Shown: positions 10,801 through 19,616 of the stretch, piece after piece | Layout of the letters: each line of letters opens with the position of its first letter | How positions within the stretch are numbered: position 1 is the first letter of the stretch | Translations under genes and position numbers: made by a program | The notes under the pieces: model-generated | What the model was told of the DNA's origin: nothing | Database searches by the model: none | The model's input: only the letters and a program-made list of their open reading frames with translations | Assembly: GCA_014382295.1 (NCBI GenBank) | Contig: JACNJZ010000045.1 | Coordinates: forward strand, 6,017 to 70,016 | Direction: 5' to 3' | Length of the DNA stretch: 64,000 nt | DNA from: Candidatus Desulfobia pelagia | Lineage (GTDB): Bacteria > Desulfobacterota > Desulfobulbia > Desulfobulbales > SURF-16

Positions 10801-11048
10801 AGGCCGGAACTCTCCGGCAGAATCAGCCGGGTAATATCTTCCAGAATTTTATTGGGAAAAGGAAAAGAGCCATTAGCCCAGACGGACAACCGGGAGGCCA
10901 GAGCCATGGAGAGCCATCGCGCCATCCCCTGGCTTTGAACAACTATCGTCTCTGCCTGCAATGGATGGAGTGGCTCCTGCTGCACTATATCTGCCAGCTG
11001 CCCAACCAGATTCTCCATACTGTTGCTAGAAATGAGGTAAAATGCCAT
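7857..11048 (-). CDS. recC: Exodeoxyribonuclease V gamma subunit RecC
   Basis: 1063 aa. First gene of the recC-recB-recD arrangement, translationally coupled to recB. Size and layout are typical of RecC. Confidence 0.85.
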   Translation of the reverse strand: MAFYLISSNSMENLVGQLADIVQQEPLHPLQAETIVVQSQGMARWLSMALASRLSVWANGSFPFPNKILEDITRLILPESSGLHFYNREEAVWQIMNLFQDLPDSPVFFSVRNYTDAPLKKYQLARTLAGLFDQYAVYRPDVVSSWERGEDTDWQAVLWRMLVNRYNLTSRASILQMLAERLECGHDLPLPGRISVFGISLLPPLFLKVFNALARQCDVCFFHLNPCCQWWADIQSEREKFYFARKHGAGGEDLYLETGNSLLASMGGLGRDFLAMLQEYDFQERDCYAAPDGDTVLQSIQRDILDLSEGDCGRRYDGSIVVNSCHSPMREVEVLQNHLLSLFEEDESLRPRDIIVMAPDIEVYSPFVQAVFELGTDDHRYMPFMIADSSMGRQNQLADSFLALLELAGSRFENSRIQEVLHYQPVQARFGLTNDLEKIAEWLEGTAIRWGRDQGHRQALGLPGFSENTWRAGFDRLLLGYVMSGGVLFKGVLPYDGIDEGDGDVLGRLMAAFSCIARHIELLEKSWDLSTWSRLLLDLLDECLAVGQEQEQDALFLRSLISSLGSYQDRAAYADSIPLEVVKAYIRQMLEQEKSPYGYLTGGITFCSMLPMRAVPFKVICLLGMEDGSFPRPQPVMSFDRMAQKPRPGDRSRRNDDRYLFLEALLSARKQFYVSFVGQSVRDDSVLPPSVLVSELLEYVSRTCRLEEGEKEEPELITRQRLQAFSPDYFRSGKLFSYDEIYCRAAEKLLAGADADVGFWQDLPLDPPDSEFRQVAMQDLIAFILHPVRFFCNRRLDIVLRRPMESAEDDEPVRIDGLSRYQLSDDAVSLMFAEKEKGEIVPLLKAKGMLPHGTPGDIFGAEIVDDVLLFTERLRQYCLTEGLPLDVDVQCGDFYVQGRLPDLRDNGLLLARCASLKGKDLLRAWVMHLLLNCQAEENTSLPRTTTILTRDETLQLRPVANPSAALNVLLDIYWQGLSEPIPFFTETSYVFARWAAEGKEAKARTDAREKWAGEYNPARECDDIYFSFRYHDTHPLGDRFEDLARKMYMPLLSHLDEIGGDMP

Positions 11049-11347
11049 CGGCGCAATGTACTGTATCCATTGGTCTCCGCAAACATTATTTTGCCCACAA
11101 AATTCACAAACAATGCTTCATCCACATGAAAACCCCTTTCCGGGCAGACAAGCATGTCCTGCAAATGGTTTTCCCTTTTCACACGAGCACAACTGTCCCA
11201 GTTTCCCCTCATAACCCCTTCAATTCGTACATTTATTCAATTTGACTTTCCTCGTTTCTTTTTGATAGCATTTATATTGTGAATATGTAGAGACATATCC
11301 GCTAAACGATAACAGACAGAACAGAAACACGGTCTGAGGGCGCAACC

Positions 11348-13432
11348 ATGAAAAAGAATAAAAAATCATCCGATAGAATCAACAAAAGCCTGATCATTGC
11401 CGCAATAGCAGCAATCTTTTACCCGCAGGGATCTGTGTCTGCTGGTGCAGTTGATTATACTGAGTTCAGCCTTGAAGAATTAATGGATATAATGATTGTT
11501 TCCGCTTCCAAGAAATCGCAGAAAGCTTCAGAGGTTGCCGCTTCAGCATTCGTAATCAACCGTGAAGACATACAGCGCTATGGATACCGGACACTTGGAG
11601 AATCGCTGCGCAGAATCAGCGGCCTCTATATCAGCTCCGGCCGCGACTATGAGTATCTCGGAGTGCGAGGTTTCAGCCTTCCTGGTGATTATAACACCAA
11701 GATACTTATTCTTATCGATGGTCATCGCCTCAACAGCGCACTCTACGATCAATCCTATATTGAAGAGGGTTTTCCTGTCGACATAGAGAGCATAGAGCGC
11801 ATTGAAGTGGTCAAAGGCCCGGGCTCAGCCATGTGGGGAACCAATGCCCTGTTTGCCGTCGTCAACGTCATAACCCGCACGGCAAGAGATATTGACGGGG
11901 GAAGAGTGACTGCCGAAATTGGAAGCCATAACCGACAGAAAGGACATGTAGAATACGGGAAAGTCCTCGACAACGGGCTTGAGATTGCAGGAAGCATCAG
12001 CGGCCTCGGGTCTGACGGAGAAAATCATATCTATTTTCCTGAACGTGACCAGCCCGGATTTCAGTTCAACAACGGTGTCGCCTCAGGAATTGACGATGAG
12101 GATGCCTATAAGGGCTATCTCACTCTCACGTATAATGATTGGAAATTTTTATTCTATAAAAGCAAGCGCGACAAAAATTTCCCTGCCGCACAATGGGACG
12201 GAGCTTTCAATAAAAACGAGTACTCAACCGATGAGAACACCGCTTTGGAGCTGAGTTATAATACCTCTGTTTTTGATGAAAAGAATGGCCAACTGGCCAT
12301 ACGATTCTTTTATGACAGGTCTGATTACTACGGTGAATATCCATATAACTATGGTGAAGGATGGTTGGGAACAACGGTAGATAACAAGGATGAAGGTGAT
12401 TCAAAACAGCTGGGGGTTGAGATGCGACTCAGTATGGATGTGACTGAAGACCTCGGGGTTACTGTCGGGGTTGAAGCCCTGAAAGTCACAGCAATCCACC
12501 AGAAGAACTGGGATGACAGCCCTCCCGGCTGGGAGTGGTTATATCTGGATACAGGCACAAAAGACAATCGATACCACACCAAGTCCTATTATGCGCAAGG
12601 CGATTATGCACTACTCGACAACCTGAACCTGGTTGCCGGAATTCGAATGGATGATTATTCAACATTTGATGCTCAATACAGCCCGCGTGCGGCTCTCATC
12701 TATCATCCAACCGAAACGACAACATTGAAGCTGCTTTACGGCGAAGCCTTCCGTGCGCCGAACAACTACGAGCGGTTTTATGACGATGACTCCTGGCAAT
12801 TAGGCAATGAGAACCTTACCCCTGAAGAAATCAAGACATGGGAATTTGTCTGGGAGCAGAAAATAAGCAACCATACACGCCTCGTCGCCAATATCTACCG
12901 GTTTGAAATGAAAGATCTCATCCTCCAAAACGAAGATCCCGTCGATTTTTCTCTCCAATTCCAAAATACAAAAGGGGTCACCAGTGACGGTGCGGAGTTG
13001 CAACTGGAATCCCACTTTAAAAACGGCATTACAGGCTATTTAGGCGTCAGTACGGTTAATACAACTTTTGATGAAAACGATTCACGCCTGGATAATTCAC
13101 CGACGTTCAGTGCCTCTGGCGGACTGTCAATTCCTCTCTGGTCAAAAAAAATGTTTGTATCTCCTGAATTCACATACGTTTCAGAACGAAAAGCATCCCT
13201 CACCGACGGCGATGTTGGATCCTGTTTTCTGACAAATCTGAGCGTTGCAACAGGAACTCTTTTTGACAATCTCAACATGTCGTTCAACGTATACAACCTG
13301 TTTGACAAAGAATGGAGCGTACCGGCGGGAGGCGAACATTATTTTTACGAGGACGTTTCTGGAAGCTATCCCTATTTTAATATTCCCCAGGATGGCAGAA
13401 CCTTCAGGTTCCAGTTATCTTACCGATTTTAA
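11348..13432 (+). CDS. TonB-dependent outer-membrane receptor
   Basis: 694 aa. N-terminal signal peptide, plug-domain pattern (VINREDIQRYGYRTLGESLRRISGL...GVRGF), a long beta-barrel region, and a C-terminal aromatic residue (..FQLSYRF). Confidence 0.85.
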   Translation: MKKNKKSSDRINKSLIIAAIAAIFYPQGSVSAGAVDYTEFSLEELMDIMIVSASKKSQKASEVAASAFVINREDIQRYGYRTLGESLRRISGLYISSGRDYEYLGVRGFSLPGDYNTKILILIDGHRLNSALYDQSYIEEGFPVDIESIERIEVVKGPGSAMWGTNALFAVVNVITRTARDIDGGRVTAEIGSHNRQKGHVEYGKVLDNGLEIAGSISGLGSDGENHIYFPERDQPGFQFNNGVASGIDDEDAYKGYLTLTYNDWKFLFYKSKRDKNFPAAQWDGAFNKNEYSTDENTALELSYNTSVFDEKNGQLAIRFFYDRSDYYGEYPYNYGEGWLGTTVDNKDEGDSKQLGVEMRLSMDVTEDLGVTVGVEALKVTAIHQKNWDDSPPGWEWLYLDTGTKDNRYHTKSYYAQGDYALLDNLNLVAGIRMDDYSTFDAQYSPRAALIYHPTETTTLKLLYGEAFRAPNNYERFYDDDSWQLGNENLTPEEIKTWEFVWEQKISNHTRLVANIYRFEMKDLILQNEDPVDFSLQFQNTKGVTSDGAELQLESHFKNGITGYLGVSTVNTTFDENDSRLDNSPTFSASGGLSIPLWSKKMFVSPEFTYVSERKASLTDGDVGSCFLTNLSVATGTLFDNLNMSFNVYNLFDKEWSVPAGGEHYFYEDVSGSYPYFNIPQDGRTFRFQLSYRF

Positions 13433-13494
13433 TGTAAATTCTCAAATGACATAACGACGAACAATGACGCCTTGACCCAGGAGGTTCCTAAGGC

Positions 13495-15621
13495 ATGAGT
13501 TATACTTTTCAGGAAAGATCAAAAGCATTGGCACTGGTGGTAGACGATGATGCGTCCCTCAGGGTGGCCATGGAAGCGGCACTGCAGAAAGCCGGATTTG
13601 AGGTGATCGAGGCGGAAAGCGGCCGGGAGGCAATAGCCCTGTTCCAGGCAAAGAAACCGGACCTTATCCTGCTTGATGTCATCATGCCTGGAATGGATGG
13701 ATTTCAAACCTGCAGCACCATCCGGGATCTCCCGGGCGGCAAACACGTCCAGATCCTGATGGTTACCGGACTCGATGATACCAAGTCAACAGAACGTGCC
13801 TTTGAAGTCGGCGCAAACGATTTCATCTCGAAACCGCTCAACTGGCTTATGCTGGGCCATCGGGCCCGATATATGGAACGGGCGGGGCGTTCGTATAAAG
13901 AACTGATCAAGAGTCAGCAACGTCTGGCCAAAACCCAGAAACTTGCCAAACTAGGCAACTGGGATATCAATCTGTCCACCGGCAAATTCCACTGCTCTTT
14001 TGAAGCAAGGCGTCTTTTAGGATTTGAAAATGCTTCTCACTCACTCACCTTCGAGGATTTCCTGACACCGATTGTTGTCCAGGAACATCACAACGTAAAG
14101 ACAGCAATAAATAATGCCGTTAATACCAGAAAACCATTTTCCGTAAACTACCTGATCATTCTTCCCGACGGCAGCCAGCGACACATCTTGAACCAGGGAG
14201 AAATACTCCCTGACGACACCGGTGCAGCTGAAATAATGCTTGGAGCCATCCAGGATGTCAGTGAATTAAAACTGGCAGAAGAAGAAATCCGTCTGCTGGC
14301 TTTTTATGACGGCCTCACCGGACTGGCTAACCGGATGCTGTTTCACGACCGCCTCGAGCAGGAAATCAGTAAGGCCAAAAGATATAAACAGTATTTTGCC
14401 CTGCTCTTCCTTGATCTTGACCAGTTTAAAAGAATTAATGACCTCTATGGCCACCATATAGGAGACCTTCTGCTGAAAAACGTCTCGGAAACCCTCCAGA
14501 AGTGCGTCCGCACCAGTGATACCGCATCAAGAATGAGCCGGGATGAATCAGAAACGGTCATTGCCAGATTTGGCGGAGATGAATTCATTATCTTACTCCC
14601 GGATATTAATGAACCCGAAAACGCCGCCAAAATAGCAAACAGGATTCTTCATGAAATACCCAGCACTTATGATCTGGATGGTCATGATGTGTCGATTACA
14701 ACCAGCATCGGCATCAGTGTGTATCCCGCAGATGGGGACAAACCAGACATCCTGCTTCGCCATGCCGACTCAGCAATGTACCATGCCAAAGATACCGGTC
14801 GGAATAACTATCAGTTTTATGAAGAATCCCTCAATGCTGTTGTTACCGAAAGATTCTCCATTGAAAAAGATCTCCGCAAGGCTCTGGAGCAAAATGAATT
14901 CCTTCTCTACTATCAGCCGCAGATAAATCTTGCTACCCGTAAAATTGTCGGGGCAGAAGCCTTAATCAGATGGATCCATCCCCAGAAGGGCATGATTCCC
15001 CCTGACAAGTTTATTCCAATTGCAGAAGAATCCGGCATTATCATTGATATCAATAAATGGGTCATCCAGACGGCATGCCAACAGAACAAAAAATGGGAGC
15101 AGCTTGGATTTCCTCCTGTCAGAATTGCCGTAAATCTTTCGGGATATCAGCTTGCTCATCAAAACCTTATTCAAACAATCAAAGAGGCTCTTGATGCAGC
15201 AAATCTTGATCCCAAAAACCTTGAAGTAGAAATTACTGAAAACATTCTGATGCAGGAAGAAGCAAACTCCATTAACATTCTGAACCAGATAAAAGATCTT
15301 AAACTCCGCATAGCCCTCGATGATTTTGGAACAGGGTATTCCTCCCTGAGCTACCTGACCTCTTTCCCTGTTGATGTTCTAAAGATCGACCGCTCTTTTG
15401 TCATGTGCTGCACAGAGCAGAAAAACAACCTGATCATCATCAGGGCAATAATCGCCATGGGGCACAGCCTCGGCATGAAAATTGTCGCAGAAGGTATTGA
15501 AACGGAAGAACAGCTCAAGCTCATGACGGCATATGGCGTGGACGAAGCTCAGGGCTATTATTTCAAGCCGCCTGTCTCCCAGGAAGATTTTGTCAAACTT
15601 CTTGAAAAAGGGACGCTGTAA
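13495..15621 (+). CDS. Response-regulator receiver / PAS / GGDEF / EAL protein (c-di-GMP turnover)
   Basis: 708 aa. REC domain (LVVDDD...DLILLDVIMPGMDG), intact RFGGDEF motif, and EAL-domain motifs (EALIRW, DDFGTGYSSL). Confidence 0.9.
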   Translation: MSYTFQERSKALALVVDDDASLRVAMEAALQKAGFEVIEAESGREAIALFQAKKPDLILLDVIMPGMDGFQTCSTIRDLPGGKHVQILMVTGLDDTKSTERAFEVGANDFISKPLNWLMLGHRARYMERAGRSYKELIKSQQRLAKTQKLAKLGNWDINLSTGKFHCSFEARRLLGFENASHSLTFEDFLTPIVVQEHHNVKTAINNAVNTRKPFSVNYLIILPDGSQRHILNQGEILPDDTGAAEIMLGAIQDVSELKLAEEEIRLLAFYDGLTGLANRMLFHDRLEQEISKAKRYKQYFALLFLDLDQFKRINDLYGHHIGDLLLKNVSETLQKCVRTSDTASRMSRDESETVIARFGGDEFIILLPDINEPENAAKIANRILHEIPSTYDLDGHDVSITTSIGISVYPADGDKPDILLRHADSAMYHAKDTGRNNYQFYEESLNAVVTERFSIEKDLRKALEQNEFLLYYQPQINLATRKIVGAEALIRWIHPQKGMIPPDKFIPIAEESGIIIDINKWVIQTACQQNKKWEQLGFPPVRIAVNLSGYQLAHQNLIQTIKEALDAANLDPKNLEVEITENILMQEEANSINILNQIKDLKLRIALDDFGTGYSSLSYLTSFPVDVLKIDRSFVMCCTEQKNNLIIIRAIIAMGHSLGMKIVAEGIETEEQLKLMTAYGVDEAQGYYFKPPVSQEDFVKLLEKGTL

Positions 15622-15671
15622 TCCAAGAGCAACTTCAAACTGCTCCTAAAACCTTTACCGGACCTCTTACT

Positions 15672-17666
15672 ATGAATGGGAAGAAAAAATCCACAGCCAG
15701 TGAAACAAAGAAAAAAAAAGCCGCGGCTCTCCGGCTGGAGATGATGCGAACCTATCTGGCCGGCCTGATGGATGACGACAATTACCAGAAGTTAAGCCAA
15801 TGCAGCCCCCAGGTCATCGAACCCATCTTCAACGGCGCCATCCGTATGGATCCCGCCTCTATATTTATCAATACCGGATCCGACAGAGACATTGACTACG
15901 TCCGAAAGATGGCTCTCGCAAAAAGGGAAGAATTACCTCTCGCCATCAAAAAACACACCTATCATTTTGATGGCCCCAACGATCAGGGACGCGACACCGC
16001 CAACACCAAATACCTGGCTCATTCCAATACAGAGATAAGCTCCCTCCAGCAGAAAGAGGAACATCGGGCCGGGATCCTGGAAGTCCGCAATATTCTCAAC
16101 AACATCATGACCGGAAAGGAGATGATCGTTACCTTTATCTCCAGAGGGCCTGTCGGCAGCCCCGTGGCAGATCCTACCCTGCAGGTGACAGATTCCTTTT
16201 ACGTTATCCACAGCGAATTCCTTCTCTATAGAATGATGACTCCTGAGGAATTCTCACATGACGTCAGCCAGAAAGGATATATGTTCATCAACTATCACAG
16301 TGCCGGGAAACTGACCAGCACCAACGTCTCTGCCAACCTGCAGAACAGAAGAATATACATGGATGTGGAACGTTTCCGTTCCTACAGCACCAACAACCAA
16401 TATGCCGGAAACTCCATTGCCCCAAAAAAGATAAATCATCGTTTCGGCAACATGAATAACCTGCGAAACCACTTTGGACAGCGGCTGGATGAACATATGT
16501 TTATCACCGGTTTCGATGTCGCCGGAGAAACGATCTACTTTGCCGGCGCCTACCCCAGCGGATGCGGCAAGACAGGAACAGCCATGACCGGAACCCATCT
16601 GATCGGTGATGATCTGGCCAAGATTTTTATTGATTCGGCATCTGGAGAGGTACGTGCCGTCAATCCGGAAAAAGGCATGTTCGGTATCATTGAAGGAGTC
16701 AACCGGGATGATGACCCGGAAATCATGACACTCCTTGAGGGAAAAGAGAATGAAGTTATTTTTTCCAATCTTCTTGTCAGCGACCAGAAACCATACTGGA
16801 TTGGCATGGGAGAACAACTGCCGGTAAAAGGAACCAATTTCAAAGGCGAATGGACTTTCAAATCCAGAGAGCCGGCATCGCACAAAAATGCCCGCTTTAC
16901 CCTTGCCCTGGATGCCATTGAAAATTATGACCCGGAAACAGAAAACCCACGAGGAGTGAAAGTAAGCGCCCTGGTATACGGCGGCCGCGATTATGCAACC
17001 ATGCCGACAGTTGTCATGGCACACGACTGGATGAATACGGTTGTCCATGGGGCTATCATTCGGTCGGCCACCACCGCTACCGAGATTGGTGCTGACGGCA
17101 GTGAAAAACGGTCCCCTTTTGCCAATGAGGCTTTTTTCCCGGGACCCCTTGGACAATATATCAACCATTATAAAGCCTTTGGAGAAAACCAGGATATTGC
17201 CCCAGATAATCTGCCCAGCGGCTTCCAGGTAAACTACTGGCTGCACAAAAGCGCCCGCGGCACTTTGGCTCCAGGGGAACAGGACGGCCTCATTGGCGAA
17301 AAACGCGACACCAAGGTCTGGATGCGGATCATGGCCCTCATGCACATGGAAGACGTCGAAGCAATATGGACACCCATCGGCTCCATTCCCAAATACAGTG
17401 ACCTCAAAAAGCTGTTTACGGAAATTACTGGCAAGGAGTATTCAAAAAAGACATACACAAAACAGTTCTCGCTCTATATCGACAACCTGATCAAGCGGGT
17501 GGATATGTCAGCCAAGGAATTCGCCAGAGAAAAAGGTATGCCCCCTGAGTTTTTTCATGTACTCGACACCTGGAGACGCGATCTGATAGCCTTAAAATCT
17601 ACTATCGGACCGATTGTCACACCCGACCAGATGATCGAGTATGTTGCCGCCAACGTGGATGATTGA
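15672..17666 (+). CDS. Divergent phosphoenolpyruvate carboxykinase (GTP)-family protein
   Basis: 664 aa. Divergent versions of GTP-PEPCK motifs appear in the correct order: YAGNSIAPKK (cf YxGNSLLGKK), YPSGCGKTGTAM (cf FPSACGKTNLAM), GDDLAKIF (cf GDDIAWM), NPEKGMFGIIEGV (cf NPENGFFGVAPGT), HKNARFT (cf HPNSRFT), FQVNYW (cf FxVNWF). Confidence 0.7.
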   Translation: MNGKKKSTASETKKKKAAALRLEMMRTYLAGLMDDDNYQKLSQCSPQVIEPIFNGAIRMDPASIFINTGSDRDIDYVRKMALAKREELPLAIKKHTYHFDGPNDQGRDTANTKYLAHSNTEISSLQQKEEHRAGILEVRNILNNIMTGKEMIVTFISRGPVGSPVADPTLQVTDSFYVIHSEFLLYRMMTPEEFSHDVSQKGYMFINYHSAGKLTSTNVSANLQNRRIYMDVERFRSYSTNNQYAGNSIAPKKINHRFGNMNNLRNHFGQRLDEHMFITGFDVAGETIYFAGAYPSGCGKTGTAMTGTHLIGDDLAKIFIDSASGEVRAVNPEKGMFGIIEGVNRDDDPEIMTLLEGKENEVIFSNLLVSDQKPYWIGMGEQLPVKGTNFKGEWTFKSREPASHKNARFTLALDAIENYDPETENPRGVKVSALVYGGRDYATMPTVVMAHDWMNTVVHGAIIRSATTATEIGADGSEKRSPFANEAFFPGPLGQYINHYKAFGENQDIAPDNLPSGFQVNYWLHKSARGTLAPGEQDGLIGEKRDTKVWMRIMALMHMEDVEAIWTPIGSIPKYSDLKKLFTEITGKEYSKKTYTKQFSLYIDNLIKRVDMSAKEFAREKGMPPEFFHVLDTWRRDLIALKSTIGPIVTPDQMIEYVAANVDD

Positions 17667-17862
17667 AAATCTCAAAATTGAACACATCCATTCTGAAGCC
17701 GGCAAATATGTTACTGTCAGCATAGGTATATGCGACAACGCGACACTTTCCACTCCCAACGAGATTATTACCGATTCAAACACAGCTCTCCAGCAGGCAA
17801 AGACAGAAGGCCGAAACAGACTCATCTGTCTGCATCACAACGAAGAGCCGAACCCGTCATAA
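17665..17862 (+). pseudogene. C-terminal remnant (~60 aa) of a GGDEF diguanylate-cyclase domain
   Basis: Track ORF 17641..17862 reads ...IENLKIEHIHSEAGKYVTVSIGICDNATLSTPNEIITDSNTALQQAKTEGRNRL. That matches the last third of GGDEF domains (hTVSIGhA...AD.ALY.AK..GRNR). The GGDEF motif itself and everything upstream are missing. The similarity starts exactly where the PEPCK-like gene stops. Confidence 0.55.
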
Positions 17863-17887
17863 CAACATCCACCCCCCCTTCATCGCC

Positions 17888-19504
17888 ATGAGAAAACCTA
17901 CCTGTATAACACCAGAGGGACTTTTCCAGTACAGCCTCCATCAACCCGAATACCCCGCCGCCAATCTGCGGGAGCATGATGCGGTCTCAGCGCTTGGCAA
18001 ATGCAATAATGAGGTTGTCGATAATCAACGTAATTTCCCGGCAGAATCCATCACGGTTACCGGTGCCGATCACATCTATGAAGTGCCCAATGCCTTTCCC
18101 TTCAAGGGCACTACCTTTATCAATTCCCGATGGGCCGACCGAAACGCAAGGGCTCCCCAGACCATTGGCCTGAAGCCGCCTGCATCTTCATCCTTTTCAA
18201 AAACGGTAGCAACATGGCTGACCGACACCGGCAACACGCAAACGGATCTTGACAGTCTCTTCAAGGTCCTGCCGGAAGGAGTGCTGCTTGCCGTAGCCAC
18301 AACATCAGCAGATCCCGAAGACCTCGTGCGTCTTGCCAGGCTCTCGGCGGAATTTATTGTCGGAGATGATGGCATCCCATCAGGACTCGTATACAGCGAA
18401 GGCGAACATGGACCCCGCCCCCGGATCAGCCGACATGACCTGTTTGAAACCGTGGCAAACAATCCCCACCTGCCCGATGCATACAAGAATGTTATGGTTC
18501 TGCGCCCCGGAGCCCAGGGAGGAAGTGAAATAGTAGGCGACTGGAACGCCGGGGATGAGAAGAGCCATATCTTTGAATATCTCCGCCGCAATTCTTATAT
18601 CGGCTGGGGCCACTATGCCGCCAACATGGCAAATGATTCCATCCGATACAACATAGATGATCTCAGCAAAGAGGATATGACCGGAATGCGCCATCTCTAT
18701 TACCAGCGCACCTTTGTCCGACTTGCCGAAGAACTTGGCATTCCACTGCCGGCAGAGCATAAGCCCCTCAACGCGGATGACCTGGAATACCTTCGGGAAA
18801 CCATTCTCTCCGTCCTGCACACAGGTACCAAAATCAAATTCAACTCGACACTCTGGGGGTGGAATTTCGGCTTCGACTTTGCGCCTTCCAGATACCGCCT
18901 CCACGCATCTCATCAGCAGATCCATCAGCAGTTTGCAATGCTGCCGCGAACGCTGCCTGTCTACCTCAACGGCAGCAAAACCGACCAGACCCACGAAGGC
19001 TATGGGGCCGGAGATCTGGTGCGGGATTTTGCCATACGCTACCGCCGGGAAACAGGCCAGTCATTATTTGACGACTACATTCGCTGTATTCGAAACAATA
19101 AACGAATGGACAGTCTCAACAATGCCGAAGAAAGTCTCATCATCCATGAAGACAAAAACTGTATTCTCTTTGTCCCCAAAGCCCAGACATCACAATGGGA
19201 AATCCAGCTGATGACACTGGGGCCGATTGGCAATATTCTCGAGGCTGATCAGGAAACAAGGGATTCCCTTGATGCTGCAATACTCATTGCCCAGCGGATT
19301 CTCGCCCGTCTTGGGGCAAAAATGGTAACCTCCATTGAATACTCAAAACGGCTTGACAATCTCGACACGGACCAGCACCTGATCTATGCCTTTCTCCCCC
19401 GCCTTCCCCAGTCACCGGGAGCCTTCAGCGAAGCCCAGCTCCGCTGGATCATGGGCCATTACCCTGAAGATTTCGCCGCCGCCTGCCGGGCCCAGTTGGG
19501 TTAA
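17888..19504 (+). CDS. Conserved-looking protein of unknown function; C-terminal half resembles GalT/HIT-superfamily nucleotidyltransferases
   Basis: 538 aa. The segment IIHEDKNCILFVPKAQTSQWEIQLMTLGPIGNI...GHYPEDFAAACRAQL resembles the GalT half-barrel pattern (F.AFVP.A...PFE..I.P..H / NP E.AA..LR). ASHQQIHQQF is a possible H.H.Q-like nucleotidyl-histidine motif. The family assignment is from memory only. Confidence 0.35.
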   Translation: MRKPTCITPEGLFQYSLHQPEYPAANLREHDAVSALGKCNNEVVDNQRNFPAESITVTGADHIYEVPNAFPFKGTTFINSRWADRNARAPQTIGLKPPASSSFSKTVATWLTDTGNTQTDLDSLFKVLPEGVLLAVATTSADPEDLVRLARLSAEFIVGDDGIPSGLVYSEGEHGPRPRISRHDLFETVANNPHLPDAYKNVMVLRPGAQGGSEIVGDWNAGDEKSHIFEYLRRNSYIGWGHYAANMANDSIRYNIDDLSKEDMTGMRHLYYQRTFVRLAEELGIPLPAEHKPLNADDLEYLRETILSVLHTGTKIKFNSTLWGWNFGFDFAPSRYRLHASHQQIHQQFAMLPRTLPVYLNGSKTDQTHEGYGAGDLVRDFAIRYRRETGQSLFDDYIRCIRNNKRMDSLNNAEESLIIHEDKNCILFVPKAQTSQWEIQLMTLGPIGNILEADQETRDSLDAAILIAQRILARLGAKMVTSIEYSKRLDNLDTDQHLIYAFLPRLPQSPGAFSEAQLRWIMGHYPEDFAAACRAQLG

Positions 19505-19516
19505 TTAAAGATTACC

Positions 19517-19616
19517 ACCACGAAGAACACGAAGAGCATGAAGAAAAAACATATAAAACGCTTTTTCTTTTGTTTTTCTACATGCAGTTCTTCGTGTCCT
19601 TCGTGTCCTTCGTGGT
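19517..19616. repeat. Long imperfect hairpin; arms are three ~9-nt tandem units (CACGAAGAA-like), 13 nt after the stop of the 538-aa gene
   Basis: Arm 1 (19517-19545, accacgaagaacacgaagagcatgaagaa) matches the reverse complement of arm 2 (19588-19616) at 25 of 29 positions. The loop is ~42 nt. No U-tract follows. Confidence 0.6.

Noticed and set aside
2525-11048. RecBCD as part of a defence island
   Set aside because: The complete recC-recB-recD operon has housekeeping architecture. No adjacent restriction, abortive-infection or CRISPR-type genes are present.
11230-11347. Cobalamin riboswitch upstream of the TonB-dependent receptor
   Set aside because: The spacer has no B12-box-like sequence (GCCACTG) and none of the characteristic paired regions. 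It is too short and AT-rich.
16254-17345. 363-aa ORF antisense to the PEPCK-like gene
   Set aside because: It lies entirely inside a gene with ordered PEPCK motifs on the other strand. It has no motifs and no start context. Other long antisense ORFs in the track were rejected for the same reason (for example 5905..6525, 7141..7824, 10491..11129, 18380..18994, 30459..31067, 49274..49744, 54970..55467).
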